In this document: piece by piece, positions 1-14,080 of the stretch
Position numbering within the stretch: position 1 is the stretch's first letter
How the letters are laid out: every line of letters starts with the position of its first letter
NCBI GenBank assembly: GCA_032718475.1
Contig: JAUCBJ010004633.1
Span: 1-47,259, forward strand
DNA: 47,259 nt
Source: Nemertoderma westbladi
Lineage: Eukaryota > Animalia > Xenacoelomorpha
Direction of reading: 5' to 3'
The notes under the pieces: generated by a model
What the model was told of the DNA's origin: nothing
Database searches by the model: none
The model's input: only the letters and a program-made list of their open reading frames with translations
Translations under genes and position numbers: made by a program

Positions 1-3000
1 ATTGATTTTGGAACAGTTCCATTGATTTAGGAACTGTTCCATTGATTTAGGAACTGTCCCGTTGATTTAGGAACTGTTCCATTGATTTAGGAACTGTTCC
101 ATTGATTTAGGAACTGTTCCATTGATTTAGGAACTGTTCCGTTGATTTAGGAACTGTCCCGTTGATTTAGGAACTGTCCCGTCGATTTAGGAACTGTTCC
201 ATTGATTTAGGAACTGTCCCGTTGATTTAGGAACTGTCCCGTTGATTTAGGAACTGTCCCGTTGATTTAGGAACTGTCCCGTTGATTTAGGAACTGTCCC
301 GTTGATTTAGGAGCAGTTCCATTGATTTAGGAGCAGTTCCATTGATTTAGGAACTGTTCCATTGATTTTGGAACAGTTCCATTGATTTAGGAACTGTTCC
401 ATTGATTTAGGAACTGTCCCGTTGATTTAGGAGCAGTTCCATTGATTTAGGAACTGTCCCGTTGATTTAGGAACTGTCCCGTTGATTTAGGAACTGTCCC
501 GTTGATTTAGGAGCAGTTCCATTGATTTAGGAGCAGTTCCATTGATTTAGGAACTGTTCCATTGATTTTGGAACAGTTCCATTGATTTAGGAACTGTTCC
601 ATTGATTTAGGAACTGTTCCATTGATTTAGGAACTGTGCCGTTGATTTAGGAGCAGTTCCATTGATTTAGGAACTGTCCCGTTGATTTAGGAACTGTCCC
701 GTTGATTTATGAACTGTCCCGTTGATTTAGGAACTGTCCCGTTGATTTAGGAACTGTCCCGTTGATTTAGGAACTGTCCCGTTGATTTAGGAACTGTCCC
801 GTTGATTTAGGAGCAGTTCCATTGATTTAGGAGCAGTTCCATTGATTTAGGAACTGTTCCATTGATTTTGGAACAGTTCCATTGATTTAGGAACTGTTCC
901 ATTGATTTAGGAACTGTCCCGTTGATTTAGGAGCAGTTCCATTGATTTAGGAACTGTTCCATTGATTTAGGAACTGTCCCGTTGATTTAGGAACTGTCCC
1001 GTTGATTTAGGAACTGTCCCGTTGATTTTGGAACAGTTCCATTGATTTAGGAACTGTTCCATTGATTTAGGAACTGTCCCGTTGATTTAGGAACTGTCCC
1101 GTTGATTTAGGAACTGTCCCGTTGATTTAGGAGCAGTTCCATTGATTTAGGAGCAGTTCCATTGATTTAGGAACTGTTCCATTGATTTAGGAACTGTCCC
1201 GTTGATTTAGGAACTGTCCCGTTGATTTAGGAACTGTCCCGTTGATTTAGGAACTGTTCCATTGATTTAGGAACTGTCCCGTTGATTTAGGAACTGTTCC
1301 ATTGATTTAGGAACTGTCCCGTTGATTTAGGAACTGTCCCGTTGATTTAGGAACTGTCCCGTTGATTTAGGAACTGTCCCATTGATTTAGGAACTGTTCC
1401 ATTGATTTAGGAACAGTTCCATTGATTTAGGAACTGTTCCATTGATTTAGGAACTGTCCCGTTGATTTAGGAACTGTTCCATTGATTTAGGAACTGTCCC
1501 GTTGATTTAGGAACAGTTCCATTGATTTTGGAACAGTTCCATTGATTTAGGAACTGTTCCATTGATTTTGGAACAGTTCCATTGATTTAGGAACTGTTCC
1601 ATTGATTTAGGAACTGTCCCGTTGATTTAGGAGCAGTTCCATTGATTTAGGAACTGTTCCATTGATTTAGGAACTGTCCCGTTGATTTAGGAACTGTCCC
1701 GTTGATTTAGGAACTGTCCCGTTGATTTAGGAACTGTTCCATTGATCTAGGAACTGTCCCGTTGATTTAGGAACTGTTCCATTGATTTAGGAACTGTCCC
1801 GTTGATTTAGGAACTGTCCCGTTGATTTAGGAACTGTCCCGTTGATTTAGGAACTGTTCCATTGATTTAGGAACTGTCCCGTTGATTTAGGAACAGTTCC
1901 ATTGATTTTGGAACAGTTCCATTGATTTAGGAACTGTTCCATTGATTTAGGAACTGTCCCGTTGATTTAGGAACAGTTCCATTGATTTTGGAACAGTTCC
2001 ATTGATTTAGGAACTGTTCCATTGATTTAGGAACTGTCCCGTTGATTTAGGAACTGTTCCATTGATTTAGGAACAGTTCCATTGATTTTGGAACAGTTCC
2101 ATTGATTTAGGAACTGTTCCATTGATTTAGGAACAGTTCCATTGATTTTGGAACTGTTCCATTGATTTAGGAACTGTCCCGTTGATTTAGGAACTGTCCC
2201 GTTGATTTAGGAACTGTTCCATTGATTTAGGAACTGTCCCGTTGATTTAGGAACTGTTCCATTGATTTAGGAACAGTTCCATTGATTTTGGAACAGTTCC
2301 ATTGATTTAGGAACTGTTCCATTGATTTAGGAACTGTCCCGTTGATTTAGGAACAGTTCCATTGATTTTGGAACAGTTCCATTGATTTAGGAACTGTTCC
2401 ATTGATTTAGGAACTGTCCCGTTGATTTAGGAACTGTTCCATTGATTTAGGAACAGTTCCATTGATTTTGGAACAGTTCCATTGATTTAGGAACTGTTCC
2501 ATTGATTTAGGAACTGTCCCGTTGATTTAGGAACTGTTCCATTGATTTTGGAACAGTTCCATTGATTTAGGAACAGTTCCATTGATTTAGGAACTGTTCC
2601 ATTGATTTAGGAACTGTTCCACTGATTTAGGAACTGTTCCATTGATTTAGGAACTGTTCCACTGATTTAGGAACTGTTCCATTGATTTAGGAACTGTTCC
2701 ACTGATTTAGGAACTGTTCCATTGATTTAGGAACTGTTCCACTGATTTAGGAACTGTTCCATTGATTTAGGAACAGTTCCATTGATTTAGGAACTGTCCC
2801 GTTGATTTAGGAACTGTTCCATTGATTTAGGAACTGTTCCATTGATTTAGGAACTGTTCCATTGATTTAGGAACTGTCCCGTTGATTTAGGAACAGTTCC
2901 ATTGATTTTGGAACAGTTCCATTGATTTAGGAACTGTTCCATTGATTTAGGAACTGTCCCGTTGATTTAGGAACTGTTCCATTGATTTAGGAACAGTTCC

Positions 3001-4035
3001 ATTGATTTTGGAACAGTTCCATTGATTTAGGAACTGTTCCATTGATTTAGGAACTGTCCCGTTGATTTAGGAACTGTTCCATTGATTTTGGAACAGTTCC
3101 ATTGATTTAGGAACAGTTCCATTGATTTAGGAACTGTTCCATTGATTTAGGAACTGTTCCACTGATTTAGGAACTGTTCCATTGATTTAGGAACTGTTCC
3201 ATTGATTTAGGAACTGTCCCGTTGATTTAGGAACTGTTCCATTGATTTAGGAACAGTTCCATTGATTTTGGAACAGTTCCATTGATTTAGGAACAGTTCC
3301 ATTGATTTTGGAACAGTTCCATTGATTTAGGAACTGTTCCATTGATTTAGGAACTGTTCCACTGATTTAGGAACTGTTCCATTGATTTAGGAACTGTTCC
3401 ATTGATTTAGGAACTGTCCCGTTGATTTAGGAACTGTTCCATTGATTTAGGAACAGTTCCATTGATTTTGGAACAGTTCCATTGATTTAGGAACTGTTCC
3501 ATTGATTTAGGAACTGTCCCGTTGATTTAGGAACTGTTCCATTGATTTAGGAACAGTTCCATTGATTTTGGAACAGTTCCATTGATTTAGGAACTGTTCC
3601 ATTGATTTAGGAACTGTCCCGTTGATTTAGGAACTGTTCCATTGATTTTGGAACAGTTCCATTGATTTAGGAACAGTTCCATTGATTTAGGAACTGTTCC
3701 ATTGATTTAGGAACTGTCCCGTTGATTTAGGAACTGTTCCATTGATTTTGGAACAGTTCCATTGATTTAGGAACAGTTCCATTGATTTAGGAACTGTTCC
3801 ATTGATTTAGGAACTGTTCCACTGATTTAGGAGCAGTTCCATTGATTTACGAACTGTTCCATTGACTTAAGATCTGTTCCATTGCTTTAGGATATGTTCC
3901 ATTTATTTAGGAAATGTTCCATTAACTTAAAGAACTGTTCCATTGCTTTAGGATATGTTCCATTTATTTAGGAAATGTTCCATTAACTTAAGAACTGGTC
4001 CATTGATTTAGGTACTGTTCCATTGATTTTGGAAG
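1..4035. repeat. 20-bp tandem satellite, consensus ATTGATTTAGGAACTGTTCC, ~200 copies, runs off the left edge
   Basis: Exact 20-nt periodicity. A few recurring variants (GAACAG, GAGCAG, TCCCGTT, TTTTGG, ACTGATT). Units decay from ~3840 to 4035. Confidence 0.99.
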
Positions 4036-4999
4036 TAATTGCATTCCAGATCTCATCAGCAAAGAACGCAGAAGCAGCTCAGATGTCAACTGTATGGGAA
4101 GGTTGACGACTTCCAGTACATTTGATCATGGATAGAGTGCCACAGTGGAAAGTGTACTTTTATACGGGGATGAGACCTGGACACTGACGAAATCATTTGT
4201 ACCACGAATATATGGTTGCTTTGCTACATAAGACTACTAAGGGTAGCCCTAAACTCCAGCTGGAGACAACACATGACAAATGCCGAGCTTTATTGTACTA
4301 TACCACTTGTATTGTGACGAACTGGGCGTTGAGAGATGCAGAGAGTCCTTCGATTTTAGAATCCCAGTTGCCGAAAATTGGTTTGTACAAGGAAAGGGTT
4401 GTCGACTTGGAAGTGAGGAAAAAGTGGCGAGCAGCTCCTTAAACACCTTCACAGGAAGAGTCCTGATTGAGTACCCAAGGAGACTGTTGAGTGGCCAGTT
4501 AGTTACGTTTCGATCCTAAGAGGGCCTACCAACCTTCCCGCTAGAGGGAGGTTGGACAGAGTGCTGTAAAGACAGGAGATTACGTTTCGATCCCAAAAAT
4601 GGGTACAGATAAATTAGAAAGTTCGGTCGACAACCTGGCGATTATTTACATGTATCAACCACCCTCCGTGAACGCAGATTAAGGTTCAGCTGGCACTTCT
4701 GCAGAAGTAAACATGAGGTCATACCAGATGTACTTTTCTGGAAACCAACACAAGGAAAGCGTTGCCGTGGATGACATGCTGTGACATATCGGAAAGCGTG
4801 GAAGGATACTACAGCATAAGGCGGTTTAAGGAACGCCTTGGTAGAAGGCCTACCTATTTGAGATCCCAATAATAACGATGACATTCACATTGACGTTGTA
4901 CAATCCAAATCTAGTTTTACAAAGGATAATGTGATTGAAAAACTGTCTGAAATGAATTATAATAAGTACAATTAATATGTCTGTCAAACAAAACCAAAC

Positions 5000-5199
5000 C
5001 TTTAGAGTTGCGCTGGTATTTAAACCAGAAATTGGACGAATGGAAATCAGCGTGATTTAAAGTAACCAATGGGTCATTGATATTAGGTGGTGGATCCTTG
5101 AGATATTTTTTAAAAGTTCTCCCGGAAGTGCGAATCCTCCAGTCGTTGAATTCTTTATAATCGGTTAATCCCTCGGGTTTAAGCTGCTCCAGCGCTTCT
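5000..5199 (-). CDS. EcKL/CHK-like kinase, coding exon 4 (catalytic HxDxxxxN motif)
   Basis: Acceptor TATTTAG; translates (L)EALEQLKPEGLTDYKEFNDWRIRTSGRTFKKYLKDPPPNINDPLVTLNHADFHSSNFWFKYQRNSK; donor G|GTTTGG. Phase matches exon 3. HADFHSSN is the Brenner-type phosphotransferase motif. Confidence 0.85.
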
Positions 5200-5544
5200 C
5201 TAAATATAAGAATGTGATATCTAAGTTAATTTATCTCATATACATCAACAAAAACGTATCAAATTAATCGAGACAATAAATAAATAATTATATTTCCAAG
5301 TAGAAAAATTGAAATAAAAATATACGAATGGCACATAAGTTTAACTAATATTAATGAATTTTATTAAATTTTTAAGGTCGGAGTAGCACCCCTCCCCCAT
5401 GTCAAAATTTAAAATATCTGTTTTTTATTTAATCTAAAGCAGAATTTAATGAGGATTTCACATCTGAAATCCGCTTAGCTATACCTCATTTAGTTCTTGA
5501 GTTATCGCTGTTTTTTTCCGTATGATGGTCTGTCAGTGAAATTG

Positions 5545-5690
5545 TAAGACAGACAGACTGACAGACAGACTAGATTCAACCAAACATTATAACTGTCATC
5601 GGAAATGAAATCAGCGACCCCGAAAACCCCCACAATGAAAGTTTTAGCCCGGTGGTGTGCTTCTATCATGGCAGAAATAATTAACCAACC
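5545..5690 (+). mobile_element. Dispersed repeat fragment, probably a non-autonomous DNA transposon
   Basis: Aligns by eye to the reverse complement of 11750-11895 (GACAGACAG..CTAGATT..AACTG(T/A)CATC(G/A)GAAAT..AAATCA(G/C)CGACC..GAAAACCCC). Flank 5430-5510 also resembles 16680-16757. Confidence 0.6.
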
Positions 5691-6168
5691 AGACCACAGA
5701 CAGCCAGTTTTGGCGGGAATGTTTAAACTTTGAAGGCTATTATCTTGGAATGACATTTTTCATTTTTCAAATTACTACTCCTCCGCCATTTTCTAACCAA
5801 TTTTCTTTATTTTTGGCACATTCGAAAGGGTTTCGACAGTTCTTTAAAAGTCATCAGTTAGAATTTTTATATTTCTGTTTTTACAGCCAATTTTTCAGAT
5901 TAAAGCCAAAAATGTATTAAATTTAGCCAAATATTAATTAATTTTTATTAAAACGCTAAACTAAAAATTGTAACCGATAATTGTTTCAGCCAATTTCACC
6001 TCAAATTGAATGACGAGTAGCATTTTAACCGCTAATCATTCACGTGTTTCATTCAATGGCCGCTAGAAAATTTGAAAATTTTGAAAAAATTTCGAACAAA
6101 AATTTCATACAGTATACTATATAAAACAAATATTTTAATTTCATTAGAAATTGTAGAATTCAACTTAC

Positions 6169-6337
6169 AGCCATTCACTGGAAGCGAATTCTGACGATAT
6201 TAGTGGCATAGAAGCCATTGCCTCAACAAACTTCGGTCTCACTTTATCATACCACAGGTCCATATCACATCCTTTATTAGGTAGGAATTCTTTGATAGCA
6301 TACCCTATTGCTTGGATCTTTGCTAATTCATCCACAG
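6169..6337 (-). CDS. EcKL/CHK-like kinase, coding exon 3
   Basis: Acceptor TTACTTGCAG; (A)VDELAKIQAIGYAIKEFLPNKGCDMDLWYDKVRPKFVEAMASMPLISSEFASSEW(L); donor GTAAGT. LAKIQA corresponds to the LAxxHA helix of this family. Confidence 0.85.
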
Positions 6338-6549
6338 CTGCAAGTAAAGATTATTGTAACGAAATTATCAGACGCATCAGAGTTTACATGGTCTGAATCT
6401 GTTATACCAGACTTGGGTCTGGTATCAGATCGATTATAAACCCGACTTAGTTATTCCACTGTCGTGGCCACATCCTCAGATGCTTCTCATATGCTTCTCC
6501 TACCTCCATAATACAGTATATGAAGTCTATCCGTTAGTTATCCTAATAT

Positions 6550-6770
6550 TAATTGTTTATATAGCGCCTTTCTACGCTGTGCTCAACTCAAAGCGTTTTT
6601 TTATTATTACCTCAGCAAAGCCAGGTTCCCATTATACCGCTGGGTTAGTGTAGCCAATAATGTTTAAAGCGTCTTGCCTAGGGACACGTCATTGCGAAAT
6701 TTCTTCAGCCATTTTTCGGATTCGAACCTGCGCCACCATCACTATTGTGTAAGCAGTTAGTTCAACGTGA
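6550..6770 (-). mobile_element. tRNA-derived SINE remnant with CORE-like body and L2-like tail
   Basis: Minus strand: B box GGTTCGAATCC; body GTGTCCCTAGGCAAGACGCTTTA...ACCCAGCGGTATAATGGGAACC; tail AAACGCTTTGAG...GAAAGGCGCTATATAAA. Confidence 0.7.
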
Positions 6771-7369
6771 TTAATTTGTATGTGAATGAAATAGCAATGT
6801 AAAAATGAAACGAATTTATTCCGTTTTATAATTTTTTTAAAAGTTGTCTTCAAGAATATTTTATATTCGAATATTATAAATGTACTTTCTAGGGTTACTA
6901 TACGTACTCCATACATGTATTAGAATCAATCCTAATTTAACAAACGGTGTAAAATTCTACAATTTCAGTAAAACCGTGTTACCAAACCACAGCGTTACCC
7001 TGCAGGCACAAACAAGTAGTCTTGCTTACTTGCAAACATATAATCCACATATTTTGTATATGCAGTTATGTGTATCAGCGTGTATCAGCGTATGCAGCGT
7101 GTATCTTTAGTAGAAATAAGCGGGTGTAACGAAATAACTATTCACAGTATGTTTTGAATATAATATGACTGTATATAAGATTATTAATTCAGTTTGTAAC
7201 CACCCAGCCTTATAGGTAACAGCCAAGAGAGAGACCAGGCTTCGGTACGCCTCCTATGTAGTTTCGTGTTTCACACGTTCAATGATTATTTTTAAGTTTA
7301 TTTAGGCCTAAAGTTATATAATCTCATTTTAAGTAATTTTAACTTGGTAATCAGCTACTAACTACGAAC

Positions 7370-7535
7370 CTAGAGTGAATTCTTCTATGGTCATTCCAGT
7401 ACCAAAAATATATGAATGTTCTTCGAACCCAAGTGGTTTTATATTTTCCATTAGCACTACTGAGGCCCCATTTGAATCATCGCGCCCCGCATACAAACAC
7501 AATGGTACGTTTAAACGCAGCTCCAATACACTATC
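7370..7535 (-). CDS. EcKL/CHK-like kinase, coding exon 2
   Basis: Acceptor GTTTCAG; DSVLELRLNVPLCLYAGRDDSNGASVVLMENIKPLGFEEHSYIFGTGMTIEEFTL; donor G|GTTCGT. Matches the family pattern PxCyyA...lvMEdL...GF. Confidence 0.85.
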
Positions 7536-7639
7536 CTGAAACGTAAACATTAAATAGTACTTAATAATAAATTAAAGAAATGAGGTACAGTATTAATAAT
7601 AAATTATTATAGGATGATCAAATGGAACGAAAAAATGAA

Positions 7640-7712
7640 TTCGCCAACATTAGGGATCGAACACGCGTCTACCAATAAACGTTCAGGTATGCTGACATCT
7701 ACACTATGGATG
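7640..7712 (-). mobile_element. Degenerate tRNA-like/SINE head fragment
   Basis: Minus strand A-box-like TAGTGTAGATG and B-box-like GTTCGATCC at tRNA-like spacing; no full cloverleaf. Confidence 0.35.
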
Positions 7713-7994
7713 AATGCAAAAAATTTGGAGCCAATTAATTTTTTTCTCTATTTTTTGCTATTTAGTTTGAACATCCTAAGAACTGCATAAATTATTAAAA
7801 AAATTTAACATTCTATGAATTTTCATTTTAGACACATAGCTATAGTCATGCCTATATAGGACTAAAAACATGATTAATTATAATATAAAAGAAAGAAAAC
7901 TGTGATAATTAATAAACTTATAATAATTTTATCCCAATTTAGGTTTTCATATCAAACGACACTTCAAAAATGGGTTGGAGGAGCAAGAACTTAC

Positions 7995-8363
7995 CGGATC
8001 TACTTTTTCTTCGATCAACATATTTATTTGAGGTAATACTACATTGTAAAAGTTGATTTCAACAATATTTGAAGGAACGTCTTTAGCAGAAGGCATAGCT
8101 GCATTATCAGGTGGTTGAATCTTAGCTATAGCATTAAGTTGCCGAGATTCACCTTCTCTACTTTCGGTATGATCTTCCATTCCTTCACTATATTTCAGCT
8201 CAATCTCTAAAATTGAACTCATTAAACCAAAAGTTACTTCAATTTCTTTCAAAGAAAACGATTCCACAGAGATGGTCCTTTTTCGAGAATATGATAAAAC
8301 ATCTCTCATCCAATCACTTGTAACATCTTCTTTACTTACTGGTATGCTGGGTCGATTAGCCAT
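7995..8363 (-). CDS. EcKL/CHK-like kinase (DUF227/ecdysteroid kinase-like), coding exon 1
   Basis: ATG at 8363; MANRPSIPVSKEDVTSDWM...FGLMSSILEIELKY...AIAKI...VEINFYNVVLP...VDP, then donor GTAAGT (phase 0). GxxS, xxAK and ExxFY motifs fit EcKL kinases. Four exons join in frame. Confidence 0.85.
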
Positions 8364-11300
8364 GATTTATAATAGTACAGTAGTGAAATGATTTAGGAAT
8401 ATTACTGTATTACGGGTATATACTGTATAAATAGTTGAATAATAGTAATGTTAGTGTAATAGTAAAGAAAAGTATGCCTAATATTAGTCAAATAATGTAA
8501 GAATGGAGTAGAGTAAATATAACTTGAATACAATATTTTATAGAGAGATTATTATTGGATAAACGGATTTATTCAAATGCAATAATGAAAAAGATGGAAT
8601 AAAGTCCAGATCGTTCAGAAGTATCAATCTACCAATGGCCAGTCTCATAACAATAATGTCATATAACCAAACTAGGCCTACAGTAAGAGTAAGGGATAGT
8701 AAGTGCATAGTACCGTATGGTATCTTCCGCTTTCTGCCAAAAACATATATTGTGTTGTCACAAGACACCGCAACGCTAATGCCATACTCTCAATCATAAT
8801 ATGTCGTTGCCGTAAGTTCCATGTGGATTTGCAACTTGTTGCAACCAGTTGTTCAGCAAGCTGCGGAATATAGCGAAGTGAATGCGTCACTGTCCGGTAT
8901 CTATTGCAATTTAGTATTAATATAATGTAATTTAATATTATAGTATTTTGATATTTAGGGTTAATTAAATCGTTAAACACCCTATCCAAGAGAATCCAGG
9001 CCACAAGAAAAGAAAATGCCGCAATTTTTTCATTGTTTTGCTTTCGGTACTTTTGCTGCATGTAAGAATATCAGATAAAGAAATTCACACAGGCGTGGAA
9101 AACGGTTTACCCAGTAAGCGCCCCAGAGCTCACGGTCAAATCCAGTGTCCATGAGCAGAGGAGCAGAGGAGAGTCAATGGCTGTGCACCACATCTATTCA
9201 CACCAGCAGACTGCCACAGCACAAGTTTGTGCAGGATAATTAAGTTTGAGTGTGAAATCCGTCTCAGTCTCTAAAAACCCAGGTGGGTGGTTTATAGGGA
9301 GGTAGCTGTAATAACACTAGGTATGGACTTACTGTACACTAGTTTTCACAAACTTGTGAGATACTGCGTACAGTACTTGTACAGCACATGCTTTAGGCTA
9401 ACGATCTACCTTATCCTAAACTGTCATACACTCGGGAAAAATGTGCCAATGCCAAGCAACTGTAAAAGGAATAATCTTGCCAGATACCGTATGGCGTAGT
9501 ACAGTATAGCCTAAGCGGTTACAGAAAATGTTGGTTAGGCCTACATGGTTTCGACTGAACTGATCGAACGACTGGAGATTGAACTACAGTACAGTATATT
9601 ACAGAATACTGTAATATTAATATTATATAACAAATTTGTCATCTCCTCGGTCATGTCATAACAGTCCTTCCGTCAGTATAATATACTGATGGAACTGATC
9701 CTTGAGTAACTAATCCAAATACAGAAACACAACATCCACAATAGACAGATAGGATAATTTCAAACCAGTAAGACAACGGTAACAGGGTGTAATACAGTAA
9801 TAACACGGCAATGCTTCCTGCATTGCCGTCACATCGGTCATAGGCGTACGAGGGGTCGGGGGGAAGGGAGGCTGCAGCCCCCCCCCCCCCCCCCCCCCTA
9901 CCCCAGTGAACCAAAAGGGGTGGGGGGGGGGAGGGCTCAGAGAGAGTGGCGAAAAATAAGAGATTGGGGGTGAAAATTGGAGAGGAGAGAGAATGTGGCG
10001 AAAAACATAATCAATGGGAAAGAAGGGGAGTGAGAGAGTGAAGAAGAAAAATCGAAATCCAAGTAAAAATAAAAATTCAACACATTTACATGAGAAACTA
10101 CAAAACAGATAATGTACAAGTAACCTGGCCACGTCGTTAGTCAGTAATACAGTCTGGCTTTCAATTGTGATTCTACGAAGTACCGGTATTAGATTCGCCA
10201 ATTCTTGTTTGACGAACAGTAGGCCTACATTTTGTGGGATGGAAGTTATGAATATTGTTTTGTTGGGGGGGGAATTTTGTTGTATGTGGGTTTTTGGGGT
10301 GTGGAAATGGGTGGGGGGGGGGGGGGGGGGGGCGAAAATTTGAGATACTTACTTCACCATGCATGATACTTCACCTTCTTAGCAGGTTGTGTGCCGTGTA
10401 TAAAGACATGGTCCAAAATATTAGATTCGTGCTGAACTGATCGCCAAGATGCACTGTAAATTAATGAATGTTATTAACAAACGAGCATATCTGGCAGTTA
10501 CTGTCGTGGCAGCATAGTTGGAGATTCAATGTAAGAAAATCACTAGAAACCAACGGATCAAAACACGGAAATTCGTGCAGAAGCAGAAAACTGATCCTTA
10601 CCCTACTTGTTATAAGCGTATTGTAAGTGAAGTGACAACTTTATCAAACTACTGTATGACAAATGCCAGCATGTCAAAATATCATGATTTTGGTAGTAAG
10701 GATGCTCACTTATATTCCCAAGATACGCACATATACAGTACTGTACATGAGTGTAATAGCGCTCACATTTAATGAGTTTAATCAAGGACAACTTCAAAAA
10801 GTTTACTTCCGAGAGTTCCGACTGATGGATAGATAAATATTTCCGGATTCGTTAAATCTAAACCAATGTTAAAATGAATTGAAATGAACGGAAAGGAATG
10901 CAGTCTAAATCATCTGCAAATCAATTATACACTATAATTTCAAGGTCATGATATCTCCAAGGAAAAGGGCTCCTTGACCCGTGTAATGCTTGCGTTGCGT
11001 ATCTAAAGTTAGTTAAAGTTTCAAGTTAAGCGGTTTTACAGCCTCATACAGTACATATTAGATTATATTATTTGCCACCACTGTCACATAAACATACATA
11101 TACTGTATATACTGTAAATCCAACAAATTTTTAAAACATAGAAAAATAAGATTAAAACGAAATTAAAATACGCTAAAATATTATTACATGTTAAAACAAA
11201 ACAGTAGTTTGCAAAAATAAGAATTCAGTTACATAGTAGGCCCCATATTACATATTAAAACAAATAGTTAGGCCGCTAAAAAAGGAAATGTTAAGGTTGT

Positions 11301-11749
11301 AGGGTACCCGAAGGTTTTCTTAATATTTTACTATTAAACAAAATGTACCTTTCTGAGAGAACTCGTAATTAAAATTTCCCGAAATTTTGCAGGCTGTATC
11401 AACCATTCGGACAAGCACAAGACTAAAAAAAATTAAAAATTAAAAAAAAATTTTGTTTACGGCAATTTTTGTAAACAATGCCCGGTTTTTGACCAAAATC
11501 GAAATTTCAACAATTGTTTTCTTAATAAGAGCTTAATAGAGCACCCAACCAACAAAATTCTAGTCATGCATAGGTCAATCGTTGTTGTGAACATTTCCTG
11601 AAAATTTCATGAGATTTCATCCAGTAGTTCCTCAGAAAAGAGTACCTTTGTGTCTAAAAAAACATAAAAAATTAATTACTTTTCGAGAAAAAGACATTCA
11701 AATATTTCAAAGCTTCCCGCCATTTTTTCTAATAATCGAGGGATTATTC

Positions 11750-11895
11750 AAACTGGTTATAAAAAATAAATAAGTACATCACCTGCCTAAAAATTCCGAC
11801 ATAGGGGTTTTCCTGGTCGGTGATTTAATTTCTGATGTCAGTTTTTGAGTTTGACCCAATCTAGACTGCCTGTCTGTCAGTTTTGACAGACTTTT
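11750..11895 (-). mobile_element. Second, inverted copy of the 5545-5690 dispersed repeat
   Basis: Reverse-complement similarity to 5545-5690. Confidence 0.6.
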
Positions 11896-13509
11896 CAGAC
11901 AGACCGACCGACAGACATTTGGGCACCTTAGGCTTTTCCTATGCCTACTGTATAAAAAATTTCAAAAAAATTTTTAATTGTCAAATATTGTTAGGGTCCC
12001 AACTACAAATTGCGGTCAAATTTAAGCCAATTATTAAATTCACACAAGTATATGTACAGTAGGTGACGCTTAAACCTCACCGTTTTGGTCCAAAATATGT
12101 CGAAATTATTTTTATGATTTATTATAATACACGATTAAATGGTCTTTCCAAATCTGAAAATCGCTAAAAATATAAGATAAATATAAGAGCTATAAAATAG
12201 CTCTTTTAGTTTTCAAGTTACACTTACAGTATAATAATTTCCATTTAGTGAGACCTATTGAAAATACTATTACTATGTACAATGAAAGGTCGATTATCTC
12301 CAAATATTTTTTTTATGAAATTGCCAACTTCAAAACCCTACTATTTCTACAATTTTTGAGCAATTAGTAGTCTGAAACCTTCTGTGGGTGTCTACAAAGC
12401 CATCCTGCATAAAAGTATCAGACAACTTTTTGAAATTTTTTGTTAATAAAAATTAATACTATTTATAACAAACCTAAAAAATTAGCAAAAAAATACAGCG
12501 CCACCGCGGTGCAGAATTATTTTCACAAAATTTCGCCTGATAGTTATGTTGCCCCATCTTTGATCTATCATATAAAAAAACTTACATTAGATTAGATTAA
12601 AAACTGCAAAAGCCTTAGGGTTTTAAGCGCAACCAAGTTTTTTTTATTCTTAACTAGTATTAACTAAATATTATAAATAGCGAAAAATATAATTTTCCTC
12701 ACCTGTCATGTAGAATAGCATAGGCCTATTAAGGCTCATGATTATCAAAAAATAATTTACTGTAAACTTCTACCCCTAAATCGCGGAAAGATGACACATT
12801 TTCGAACACATAGATATCAATTGCGTAAGCAGCTCTTCAGGCCCTGCACTTACTAGTAGTTGAATTTTCTTAGCTTCGTGGAATCTATAGGCTAAGAGTG
12901 TTGCATTTTATTCTTTCTTCATCATACGTACATTATTAGTCATCAATTTTTACTGCTTTGTACAGGATGAAGCAGATACCAGGATACAGAGATAAGTGCT
13001 GAATTTAGAAATTGGTTACACTTTACGTACAGCGGTACTGCTGTACTGCCGTCTGGAAGTTGCAGTACCGTACTGCAGTTGCAGTACTGCAGTACTGCCG
13101 TATGGCTGTCAGTCTGTATGTACTGGAAACTGGTCTGGTATCACCTGATCACAGTATTCACAGGCAACAGGCTGACAGGTCACATTCCAGCTGGCAGTAT
13201 CACACTCACACAGTACAGTACAGTACAGCTGTAGTAGAGTAGTAGGCCTACGCCTACCGCTACCACCTAACAGCCTAACGTACAGCCGTATCACTGTCTG
13301 ACTGTTGGCCTATCATATCACTATCTGCTATCAATCAGTCAATGAACTAATCCAGTAGGCTAATCAACACTGCCTCACCGTCCCGTCGCCGTCACCATCT
13401 CACTGCAGCACTGCACAGCTGCACCAGCAGCCTAACACAGTAACAGCCTTACTACTGTCAGGCCAGTCCTGCAGTCAGGCTGTACTGCCTTAAATCCTGT
13501 CAGCCTGCA

Positions 13510-14080
13510 GTCGGGGAGAAGTTCAAATTTCAACTGACAGACTGAGTTCAAATTTAAAACTTTTTTTTTTTAATTCAAGTTTTAGTCCTAAGTTGTAAAT
13601 TCAACTCTAAAATGGCAGGAGGCGCAGAACAGCAGAAGGCCCCCAAGACGTCACAGCTGCACAGAACGGTTGTTTTCATTGTTTTTATGGATGTAACAGT
13701 GTAACTCGAAAATCTAACCCTCATTGCTCATTACCGATCTGCCGATGGAATAAAGACTGGCAGTCGGGAATACCGGTAGGCCCTTTTTTAAAACATTTTG
13801 TGTTTTTAAGTGATTAGCAGATTAGATTTGCAAATTGAAATTAGCTGAAATATTACGGGAATTTATTAGATATATTAAATTACCGCTGAATGTCATAATT
13901 ATTATACAATGGAATACAGGAATACCAGTCAGCCAGTATGCCTAACAGCCTAATGACTGAATGAATTCCAATTCAATTTAATTTTTAAAAAAGTTCAATT
14001 TTAAACTCTACTCCAAAAGTTGAATTTTAAAAAATAAAGTTCAAATTTGAACTCAGTTGAAAATAGAATTACTCCCCGAC
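13510..14080. mobile_element. MITE-like element with ~90-bp imperfect terminal inverted repeats
   Basis: Left GTCGGGGAGAAGTTCAAATTTCAACTG..AGTTCAAATTT matches the reverse complement of the right end ...AAATTTGAACTCAGTTGAAAATAGAATTACTCCCCGAC. Confidence 0.75.

Noticed and set aside
4040-4900. Short ORFs (4197-4884) or a fifth EcKL exon
   Set aside because: The candidate acceptor near 4911 hits a stop within a few codons and no kinase motif is visible. The segment may be decayed TE sequence, but I could not assign it.
9839-10335. ORFs over poly-G/poly-C tracts; possible hAT MITE starting CATAGGCGTA
   Set aside because: The ORFs are low-complexity artefacts, and no matching right-hand TIR or target duplication was found.
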